Shown here one piece after another: positions 53,000 to 64,000 of a stretch of DNA of 64,000 bases. The stretch is from NCBI RefSeq assembly GCF_006345805.1, contig NC_042997.1, forward strand, positions 106,392,001-106,456,000. Direction: 5' to 3'. The stretch is from Octopus sinensis (Eukaryota). Within the stretch, counting starts at the first letter, position 1, and every line of letters begins with the position of its first letter. The translations under genes and the position numbers were made by a program. The notes under the pieces were generated by a model that saw only the letters and a list, made by a program, of their open reading frames with translations, was not told the DNA's origin and ran no database searches.

Positions 53000-55800
53000 C
53001 TAGACTGCAAAATGGATGTATCACATGCTGATCGGAGTCCCACCCATAAAGGACATTAGAAGGATGGGCCTCAGCAACCCGTTATTCAGCAGCAAATACC
53101 GCCTGCTTTCGTTTCGCCATCTCGTCTCATTTCACCCAACCCTACCGTAGTAAAACGGGATTCACTACAACAGACTACTACCATTACGACAGGTCAAAAT
53201 CCGCTTCAACAACAACAGTCTAATATTACTACTACTACATCAGTGATATTGAATAACGATTTTCCCTCTAAGCCACATGGCAATATAGAAAACCCTCCTC
53301 CACCTCAAAAAACGAGCCGTTATCCGTTTCAAGGTATTTGTTAATTTGGCCCCAGCAGCACCACCAACAAGGGACACTACCCTTTCTCTCATATTCCCCT
53401 ATGTTGTAGTGTCTACACTTGTTAACTGCGCTTGTCCATATGGTATAAATGGAAAAAAGACTGCCTCCAGCTACTCTCCCAAATATAGAGCCCGTGTCCC
53501 TGACGCTAAACACGGATGCACAAAAGGCAACAGGTGTACGTTATTACATCCTAGGCTCTGTCAAATTTCTCTGTCTCTAAAGATATGCCTGAATTTGGAA
53601 CGTAGTTATCACCATCTGAAAGGCTGAAGACGAATGAAAAATAAACAGCAAAAGGCAAGTGCAATAAATATAAATTCAACCATATTCCATCACTTAACAC
53701 GGACCAACGAAAAATCCCATCTATCAGAAGGAACTATGGGAAAATCATAACATCAAGTAATATAAACAAGTACAATATATCACCTGATTGAATGGCTAAC
53801 CAATGAGAAAATTCCCTTTTACAGTTCCACTCATATTGATATAATATGGCAGCGCTTTGAGAACATTGTCTCTCATTCATGCTCTAAATACGCACGAAAT
53901 TCACTAGCACGAACAGAAATAGGCTCCCAAGAGAGAAAAAGACACTCATAGGGAAAATCGAAAGGCTAAGAAAAATCAACCAGTTAAAATACTACCACCA
54001 ACAACGTCCACTCTGAACAGCATTAAGAAGGCTTGAGTTGGGAAAACAGAATCTGCAGATCAGTATGTAAAACCTACAACGACAATCAATGCGCTGGAGA
54101 GGAAAACTGGGTAATCGAAGGAATCAAACAGGATCCGAAAGTGTTCTATTAATATGTCAACAAGCATAGGGCCGCTGTCTCACCAGTTGGTCCACTGACT
54201 AATGATAACAGCTGTCTTCAGCATGACGCTAAAGAAATGGCCGAACTACTGCAGGAACAATGCTGCTCTGTCTTTCGTGATCCCACAGATATTGATGCAA
54301 GGGATGTGAACGAAGTTGATCCTCAACATATTATCTCGGACACATCTTTTACTGCATCAGATATCACAACAGCAATGAATGTAGGCCCTAATAGATTCCT
54401 CGCTAATATCCTAAATAAATATGGACTCCAGCTTGCAATCCCACGTACCAACATCTGAAAATTTCTTTAGACTCAAACTATATACCGCAACACTTCATAT
54501 CCCAATTTGTCATGCCGGTCTTCAAAAAGGATAAAAAAAAGTCTCTCGCTATCAACTATCGTCCAAATTCCCTCACCCTCCATATCAACAATGTGTTTGA
54601 AAAGTGATGAAATTAACGATAACTGGCCTTCTGGAAAGTTACAACCTTCTACCCAGCATGACTTCTACTGCGGCAAGGACAGTCTAACGCGGCCGTCACA
54701 GCATATCGACGATGTCCTTAAACACTTTGGATCATGTTCGAACTCTGATCTCAAATATCGTGACTTCAGTTAAGCGTTCGTGAGAGCCCACCACAATAAC
54801 CTCCTGTGAAAATTGTCAAATACTGGAACCAGTGGAAAACTGCCAGATTGGATTGACTACTTCCTGGTGAACAAAATACATGCTGTGATCGGTGGAGTTC
54901 ATTCATGCCCAGAAAGAGTCACCAGTGGTGTCGCTCCGGGGATTGTTTTGGTCCCATCTCTGCTTATTGTCTATATAAACATCTCAAACGTCATCGAATA
55001 GAGTAAACATATTCGCAGATCACATCAAGCTCTTAAAAATTATCGAGACCGAACTGAACTTCAGACGGATCTACATGCTGCAAGCCAACTGGCAGACAAA
55101 AACAAAATGTGGTTAAATGAGAGGAAATTTGAACTTACGCTTTGTGGAAAAAGACTACGTTTAACCTAACAGATTCTCTTCAGTCAGAGGAACCAGCCAC
55201 AGCATCCTATAGTATTGAGTAATTTAAGATTGGTCTCCCCACACAAAGCAAAAGATTACAAGACTTGAGTAATCCCAGACAACATTCACTAAAAAAATTA
55301 AGGGCATGCCTGATTTTGATTATTGGGACCACTGTGAAACATTGAAACTTTATTTACTCCAAGCTGTTGTGAGCGCTACATCTTTTGGACAATGTGGAAA
55401 ATATATCACCGGCATACGACCTTAACATTAGATTCAGAATTTATCCAAGGCTGGGACCACGTGGTGTATGCCTCCTACACTATTCAGGATCACAGCACAT
55501 AAATTCACTGCAACACAATTTCTTTTCCTCGATAGGTCCTGCTGTATTTTAACATTATCCCAAAACAAATCAAAGAGGAAAAAGATACCATCACCTTCAA
55601 ATGAATCGTTGACAGATTTCTTCAAGGAATAACAGATAAGCCACTTATACCTGGATACATCTCAGTCAACAACTCCTTACTTGAACGGGCAATGATAACA
55701 CAAAACCTAACCAACACATGACTAAACAGATCCTATTGAGTGTTGCTATTAATTTAGACATGCTCTGGGCCAATCTTTGGCTGAAACATATCGAAGTTAT
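53000..55800 (+). mobile_element. CR1-like LINE remnant with Cys/His-rich ORF1 and RT pieces
   Basis: CPYGING..CTKGNRCTLLHPRLC..C..HHLKG; NYRPNSLT; SGVAPGIVLVP; IFADHIKL. Confidence 0.75.
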
Positions 55801-55853
55801 CTATCTATTTATGTAGCTATCTAGCTATCTGTCTGTTTGTCTGTTTGTCTATC

Positions 55854-55884
<31 letters not shown>

Positions 55885-56009
55885 CTATCTTTATCTTTCT
55901 TTTCTGACAGTCTGTCCGTATGTATGTATGCATGTATGTATGTATGTATGTATGTATGTATGTATGTATGTATGAATGTATGTATGAATGTAGGCTTGTG
56001 TGTATGTAA

Positions 56010-57350
56010 GACTCTTCCGTACTTAATTATTTAGATTCTTCCTCTGAAAAATGTTGATAACGAAAACAATGTCACATATTAAACCTGAGAAATGTCTTGC
56101 ATAGTTTTAGTGTTCCGCTTATAGACTGCATTTGCAATGTGGAAATAAGTTGGTTGATTGCTTTTTCTAAAACACCAAGCTTATCCAGACTTACAGTTAG
56201 TTATTGGTATAAATATAAATTTGCATTCCGGATATAGAAGCTGGAAGTTTCGAAGCAGTTTTCCGTAGTTAGCTTCTTTGTCTTTCATTTTCAAAGAGAT
56301 ATTCACATCAGCAGGACAGCTAGCCTCTATGACGGAACATACTTTTTCTTGTCTGTTCCAAACAACAATGTCCGGCATGTTATGCTTGCATTTGACAGAT
56401 GTTTTGACGGGTATGTTCCGCCAGTATTCCTTATGTTGATATTTGTGTACGTATTCAATAACAGAGGGATTCTCTACATTTGTTCCAGGACAATCTTGTT
56501 TTTCCAATGGCATTTTTAGCAACATTCTTATGTTTCATAGAGAGGCTGTACCTTGGTGACATTTTTTGGACAGCCGCTAATCACATGTGTGGTGTCTTGC
56601 ACAAAAATATAACATTATTTACATTTAAGCTGATTCTTGGAACTCCAAAGGCCTCACTGTCTCTTTTGTTGATGAAGTATTTAGTAGTGATCTCCTGTTC
56701 TTGGATTGCAAATGAAGAGCCTTTGAAGTGTTATGTAATGTAGCAGTCACTAGTTCAAGAGAGATTTCGCTTCACGTTTATGTTCCTATCTTCTTCAAGT
56801 AAACGAGAAACATACCCATACATAGTCGTTTTTCTTGGTATGCTGAGCATTTCACCTCCAGGTCTTCTTTGAGGTATGTTAGTCCAGCTGATTTGGGGTT
56901 GCATGGGAGGTCATTAGGACTAGGAGCTCACTTCCAACACGTAGGATATTGTTTTCTTCACTTTTCAGCATTTAGTTAATGTATATATTTTTGTTGCAGT
57001 TGTTGTTTAACAAGTGCTGTCTGAGACATTTAAAGGCTCTCTACACTGAGCTAAAGCCTCTACTTCCTTTGTCTCTTCTAAGGTAGAACTTGTCGATATC
57101 ACTATTTTTGTTTTGTTAAGATTTCCAAATGAAGTTAGATTCTTGAGGGTTAAAATGTTTATGGAGTGGATTTCTACTTCAGACCAGTCGATTATCTCAA
57201 ATGTTGGAAACAGTACAGGTACTGCTAATGCGCTGTGAGATATTGTCTTGTTGTAAAAGGAGAGTTCAGACTACCATATTTGTTTTAATCTGGTTTAATA
57301 TTCTTGGATAACGCACATTTTCATCAATGCCAAGGTACAAGTAGCATTTT
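56010..57350 (-). mobile_element. R4/Dong/NeSL-like RLE LINE fragment (duplicate of 5290-6680)
   Basis: KHNMPDIVVWNRQEKVCSVIEASCPADVNI. Colinear nucleotide similarity with 5290-6680. Confidence 0.8.
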
Positions 57351-59863
57351 GTGGCAGACGAGATTGAGGATTTTTATACAACTCTTCGTTCAACCATTGA
57401 GCAAGTACCATACTTTTCTAGTTATAGCTGGTAATCTGAATGCTAAACTAGGACCCGATAAGACCAAGTTTACTCTCAACTCTAAAACTAATCGGAACGG
57501 GGAAATGCTCAAAGACTTTTTAGAGGAATTTAATCTTTACACCTCCAACAATTATTTTATGAAACCAAAAGGACAACTTTGGACATTCGAGTATCCATCT
57601 GGTGACAGGGCACAAATTGACTACCTCATTTTTCGAAAGAAGTGGCGAAATAGTGTCAAAGACTCGAGATCCTACTCTTCCTTTAGTTCTTTTGGTTCCG
57701 ACCACAGAATTGTATCAGCTACCGTTAAGCTTATTCTTCGCTCATCCAAAAAAGCTAAGCCTCATCAGATAAAAACGATCGACTGGAAGGAAGTCTCGTC
57801 TAACCCCGATATGTCCAAGCAATTTACTATTGAGGTCTATAACAAATTTCAATCTTTGTCTACTTCTGAAATAGATGCTGAGAACATTGAAGAAGTTTAC
57901 AGTAGCCTCATCAAATCAACAGAGGAAGTTGCACTGGCTACTCTACCCAAAGAGTAGAGTAGAGACCAGAGCAAGCCTTCAAATTCTCCAAATGTCATCG
58001 AAGCCAGAAACCATCTAAAGTCTATATCACTAGCCTACCACCGTTCTCCATCCCAGTCACTGAAGATCCAACTCATAACTGCCAAGAAGAATCTTGATGA
58101 TGTTTACTTGAACGCCGAGGTCGACTCTATTAACGGCAAAATTAGCAAACTAACCAAAGAGCACATTAGTAAAAAAACACAGTCTTGCCTGGAAATCTAT
58201 CAAAGACCTATCAGGCAAAAATTCTGGGTCATCAATTAGAATCAAAGGGGGATCAGCTAAGAAGCGTTTAGAAAATTGGTCAATTCATTTTAAAAACCTT
58301 CTTGGAAAGAATGCCACAATCCCCGATAACCCCACTCTTCCAAGTGTGCCTATATCAGATACGCTGGACATCAACACCTTCCCTTTTACCATATTTGAAC
58401 TAACAGCAGCCACTAAACAACTGAAAGCCTCGAAAACTTTTGGTCCCGACAACATCCCAGCTATAATTTGGAAGGATGATAGATTTCACGTACTTTTGCT
58501 AAATCTTTGCAAACACACACTTTCCACTTTTATAGCTCCAAAGATTTGGCACCAATCTCAAATCATCCTAATACCCAAAAAAGGCGATTTATCCCTCGTC
58601 ACCAACTACAGGGGTTTATCTCTAATGTCAATTGATGCAAAATTGTACAACAAACTGATTCTAAACCGTCTCGTCCCTTTTGTTGAACCTTTGCTCCGAA
58701 AGAATCAAAATAGATTCAGACATGGGCGCTCAACGTTGAGCCAAATACTATGCCTACGATAACTCATTGAAGAATCAAAAGCATTTAATCGCGATCTTGC
58801 AATGGTGTTTGTAGACTTTTCTAAAGCGTTCGACTCTGTAGATAGGTACAAGATGTTTGAAATCCTTAAGCTCTATGGGATTCCAGACAAAATCATTTCT
58901 GCCATCAAGGTCCTCTACACAGATACGTCTTCAACCATCTTAACCCATGATGGGGAAACATCATCTTTCTCAATCTGCAAGGAGACACACTCGTCCCATT
59001 TCTCTTGTCATTGACTATGTGCTACGTATGTCAGTTGATACCATTTCTTGTAAGGGCTTTGAAATAAAACCTAGAAGAAGTTCCAGATACCCAGCTGAAC
59101 ACTGAACGGACACTGACTTTGCTGACGACATCGATCTTATCAGTGATTCTCTCTCCAATGCCCAGTCTCTTTTACAATCTCTTAAATAAGCATCAAATTG
59201 TGTATGTCTTTACCTCAATGAGTCCAAGACTGAATATGTAAACAAGTGCCTGTCCAACAGTGATTTCATCATCCATACTCTCAACAATACCCTCTTAAAT
59301 ATGGTTTCTGATTACAAATATCTTGGGTCATACATATCATCATCTGAAAAAGATTTTCTAACTAGAAAGTGTATGGCCTGGTCAGCCTGTAATGATATGC
59401 ATAAGATCTGATCATCAAATCTAAGTAGGGATTTCAAACTTAAAATCTTCAAAGCCACAGTCGAACCAATTCTACTATATGGCTCAGAAGCCTGGACGTA
59501 ATCAAAGAAGCTTGAGAGGCGGTTGGATAGAACTTACACTCGCCTCCTTATGAGAGCTCAAAATCTCTCGTGGAAGTACAAATATATGAGAAATTACCAC
59601 TTGTATCATCTCTTGTGAAAGGTAGAAGAGTTCAGTTTGCTGGACATTGTTGTAGAGCTGAAAACGAGGTAATTTCTACTCTTCTCCTCTGGAAGCCATC
59701 TGCTTGCGATACCAGAGGGCGCACACTCTCATACCCTGATGTAATCTCCAGGGATACAGGCATCCAGCAACGGGACCTCCGTAATGCTATGATTGACCGT
59801 GAAGTCACGTGTACCATAGTAAATTCCATTGTCTCGACCACGGTCGAACAATGATGATGATGA
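57350..59863 (+). mobile_element. RTE-clade non-LTR retrotransposon (APE + RT), decayed, with (TGA)n tail
   Basis: GNLNAKLG, QIDYLI, GSDHRIV (APE); PKKGDLS..NYRGLSL, VDFSKAFDSV, DFADDI (RT); tgatgatgatga at the 3' end. Confidence 0.88.
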
Positions 59864-61555
59864 AAACAACTATTTTGGCATTCGTTCATCCGCCATTTGA
59901 ACAATATGCCCACATCATCTTATTTGGTTCCTCAAAATCATAGCTTTAATTGAGGTGATGCCTGCAGATGCAAGGACATCTGTGTTTGGAGTAAAAGAAA
60001 TATATTTAATGCTTAAATTGCGATGAAGGCATTTTAGTTACAATTATTCTAACAATTTAAAATGCCTTTCATAACAAGACCATATTCCACAAGGATACAG
60101 CAGGGATGGTAAGACAAATGATTTGTAAAGAGCCAGCTTTTTATTCTTATTAATATGTCGCAGGCACCAAACGCGTGACTCCAAGCCACGAAATGCTTTT
60201 GCTGCCCTTTGAATTCGTTTTGAATTTCAGTCTAGTTAGATTTTTAAAATTCACTGTTGTTCGATATTTTATGTAAATACCCTCCTCAGAGTTTTGAAAA
60301 GCATGTGACAACACAACGGCAAATGATATTGCAAAGAGAGTGGGTGGATCAAGGTCTCCTTGCTTTACTCCATTTTCCACGGCAAACGGTCCAGAGAGCC
60401 TACCACCAAAGTTAATTCTAGCTTTCATATCTTGATGCAAGGACCTGATCATGTTTACAAATTTGTCTGGACAACCTAATTTCCTTAGAATTAGCTACAG
60501 AGCATTTCAATTAACAGTATCGAATGCTTTGCTCAAATCAACAGGCAATGGTATAGAGCAAGATTCTGTTCAATTCACTTTACTTGTAATTGTCTGATGG
60601 TAAAGATACAAGCAACTGTGCCCCTGGAGGAGTGAAAACCACACTGAGACTCAGACTCTATGAAGGTATTTAAACGTTCCAACAAAATGCGGGCAAGTAC
60701 CTTTACGGACAAAAGTGAAATCCCATGAAAATTGCCACACAGATCCTTTGGCCCCCATTTATACAAGGAGACTAAAATGGCATCAATCCAGTCTTGAGGC
60801 ACTTTCTCAGTTCTCCAACAGTGACAAATTAACATATTTAAGAGTTCAAACATTTTGTCACCCTTATATTTCAAAACTTCTGCGCAGATTCTATCAGATC
60901 TTGGAGACTTATTGTTATTCAGTTTATCCACAGCTAAATAAATGTCATTTAGAGTTGGTTCAAATGACATCTCTTCTAAAGCTGGAAGGTGTTCAATTTT
61001 TTTTATCGTCGTCATGTCAGCGAATGATGGTTTATTCAAAAGTGCAGAAAAATGTACTGCCCAGTGCTTATGAATAGAAACGGTGTCAGTCAAAAGCAAA
61101 CATCCATTTACTGTTCCCACTAGAGCTATTGAAGAAGATTTTGGGCCATATACCTCCTTAACATAAGAGTACAAACCCTTGGCATCATTTCTATCAGCTG
61201 CTTCTTCTGCCCCTTTTGCTCTGTCATTCCACCATTCCTGTTTAATTTTCCTTAGAGCAGTCTGCACTTTCCCTTTCAGCTTTTTGTAAGCTTCGTTTGA
61301 ATTGGGGTTCAAGGACTGAGAAAGAAGTGTATTGCCCAAGTTTTATTTTTCTAAAAGAAGATTATGAATTTCTGCTGATCTATCTGAGAACCAGTTACTG
61401 GACTTACGTGATTTAAATCCTACTGACAAACTTGCAGCCTGAAATACTTTTGTTTTGAAATCTTCCCATAGATTGTTTGATTTAAGATTGATACTTTCTA
61501 TAGCTTCGTGGAATCTTTGCAAGTTGCTTGAGAATTTAAAGTTTGCAAAAGATAG
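59864..61555 (-). mobile_element. RTE-clade LINE fragment (second family)
   Basis: VPQDWIDA, GNFHGISLLS, ESQCGF, NGVKQG..PTLF. Same family as 21300-22400. Confidence 0.85.
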
Positions 61556-61599
61556 GTTTCTTACATACATACATACATACACACATACATACATACATA

Positions 61600-62730
61600 C
61601 CAGAACTCTATGCATTCAATAAAACAGTGGCCAACAATGTGTTTGCTGTGTCAGTACTCCTACCAAAATTTGGTCTGCTTGAATGGACGTTTGATGAGAT
61701 CCGAGCCATTGATGTGAAAACCCTAATAATACTAACGAAAAACGAAAAAAAGTGGCGGAGGCTTAGCATCGATCCAAAATGCCTTTGAATGTCGCATCAA
61801 ATCCCTTCGGCAACATCCTTTAACCACCAAGTGTCGAAATGCATCCCTTGAGTAAGTTTGCATATATGAGGCTGATAACATCGTAAGACTTGGAAGGCAG
61901 TTCCTTGAGCAACACTCTTGTCTGATAACCTAAAATACATGCCCAAATAAGTCGCACGACTCTACCGCAACGTATCATCAGATGAAAGAATGAGCCTATA
62001 TGAGCAGAAGTCTATGCATGGATATGTTAGTAGAAAGCTCCGAGATGATAGTAACATTGATATTCAAAGCAGTTTATCATGGACGAATAGCCGGATTACT
62101 ACCTCCCACTCTGAAGGGTATGCGTTTGCAATCCAGGAACAGGAAATATCAACCAAGTACCTGATGCACAAAAGGGACAGAGATACGGGAAAAGCAGTAA
62201 AATGTGACAACCGATGCAGACATTGTGGAGTTCGCAATAAATATATCACCCACATTGTAAGCAGTTGTCCGAAATTGTTATCACTGTATTATCTACCGAT
62301 GTGACATGATGTTGTATCTAGGACTCTATAATGAAATTCGTCGGAAGGATAATCTCAGGACAAATAAATAAGAACCTAAAATATGGTAGAAACCAAAACC
62401 ACTCATAATAAAAAAGAATACTGGTGAAATGTCCGAGTGAAGACTTCAATAAAATGTAAGCACAACAGACCTAATATAATGATCTAGGATAGAGAAGAGA
62501 AACTGTGCACAGTTGTGGAAATTACCTACTCGGCCGATGTTAACATAAAGCTGAAGATCAGTGAAAAAGAGGACGCCTATGCTGAATTATTGAGAAATCA
62601 TACATACATACATACATATAAACAAAAGTACCCTGTTGATTTTGAAGTTCCAATGAAAGAGCCTTGGATCTAGGTTAGAAACCTGTTCTTTCTCTATTGG
62701 CAAGAAATCTTGAAATAAACTGGATAATGA
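61600..62730 (+). mobile_element. R4/Dong-like RLE LINE fragment bounded by (TACA)n
   Basis: KSMHGY; AIQEQEISTKY; CRHC..ITHIVSSC; KHNRPNIMI..DREEKLCTVVEI. Confidence 0.8.
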
Positions 62731-63074
62731 AATACAAACATGTATACAGACATACATATGTTAAAATTATGTACGTGTACATATATGAGCGTATATACAT
62801 ATATGTGTGTGCGTGTTTCTTTTTTTTTTGTGTGTGTGTTCGTGTGTCTTTTTTCTGTGTGTGTACAAACGGACGGACGACTGAAATGATGAACAGTTGA
62901 TTGATTGATAGATTGACAGAAGTGTATACGTGTATATTCACTCACACATGCACACACACACACACACACACAAACACACATACATAAACACGCACACACG
63001 AGTCTAGCCTGAATACGTGTGCACTAAAGAATAATGAATTATTTTCATATATACGTTTCATATATACATACATA

Positions 63075-63295
63075 CTCTTTACTCTTTTACTTGTTTCAAT
63101 CATTTGATTGTGGCCATGCTGGAGCAGCGCATTTAGTCGAGCAAATCGTCCCCAGGAATTATTCTTTGTAAGCCTAGTACTTATTCTATCGGACGCTTAT
63201 GCCGAACCGCTAAGCTACAGCGACGCGTAAACACACAAGCATCGGTTGTCAAGCGATGTTGGGGGGACAAACACAGACACACAAACATACACACA
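63075..63295 (-). mobile_element. SINE 3' half, orthologous to 8120-8340
   Basis: Same tail and same upstream flank (62750-63060 matches 7810-8115). Confidence 0.8.
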
Positions 63296-63728
63296 CAACA
63301 CACACACATATATATATATATGTATATTATATATATATATATATATATATTATAATATATATTATATAATATATATAAAGACCCTTGTCCTACGTCTGGT
63401 TTGTTTTGTTTTTTATCTTTACCGTTATTGTTTTTACGTTTTTGTATTCTTTGGTGTCACGTATTCTGTATTTTGTTCGTGTACTTCGTTCGTTTTCCGT
63501 CCTCGTGTTGTATACATTCGAAGCTTTCTTCCAGGGGATCTAATGCGCTTGGCTTAGATTCCTTGGCGGGCTGCCCAGATCGGAGCAATCTCAAGATTAA
63601 TCAGCCGAAATTGCGAAGATGATCTGGTTCTTGACTGATGAGAGGGCTTCGAATGTCCCGTCCTGTGGTTCTTGTGTCGTCTCTTTGGTGTTTCATGTTC
63701 TTGTCCATGTCTGATATTTATATTTTAC

Positions 63729-63794
<66 letters not shown>

Positions 63795-63842
63795 AATATA
63801 TAATATATATATATATATAATATATATATAATATATATAATA

Positions 63843-63876
<34 letters not shown>

Positions 63877-64000
63877 GTTCAATCAGATAAAACTAGGAAT
63901 CTCTATAAATTGGATGTTAAATTATATGATAACCTTTTAGAGAAAGAATATTTAAAAAACATAAATTGTTCCAGATAGTATACTTTATTATATTAATAAA

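Noticed and set aside
63600-63660. GAAA...CTGATGA as a type II hammerhead
   Set aside because: Stems II and III cannot form around the core. Kept only as an unexplained structure.

Overview
This is AT-rich, microsatellite-dense animal genomic DNA. The tRNA-derived SINE families and the TLR sequences suggest an octopus or other coleoid cephalopod; this is inferred from repeat appearance, not from a database search. The host-gene content is a + strand tandem cluster of three two-exon Toll-like receptor (LRR-TM-TIR) paralogs. Copy A (13917-14777) is a deleted pseudogene. Copy B (25555-27799 + 36301-36538) has one frameshift. Copy C (45190-47432 + 49700-49940) is intact, about 827 aa. All three share a phase-2 intron position in the TIR domain and a near-identical patch in the membrane-proximal ectodomain that looks like gene conversion. 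Shared decayed transposon blocks show that the cluster grew by segmental duplication and probably continues beyond the window. The rest is a nest of decayed mobile elements: CR1/L2, RTE, R4/Dong-like RLE LINEs, Penelope-like elements, Gypsy, Tc1/mariner, hAT, MULE, Helitron and SINEs. The most notable feature missing from the ORF track is a series of minimal type I hammerhead ribozyme motifs from several unrelated sequence families. One looks fully intact (11432-11497), and three others sit inside fold-back inverted repeats next to (TA)n tracts. There is also a CpG-rich promoter-like island with a possible first exon at about 7.1-7.5 kb and a G-U-supported multibranch RNA structure at about 63.5 kb. 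Most short ORFs in the track are microsatellite artefacts.
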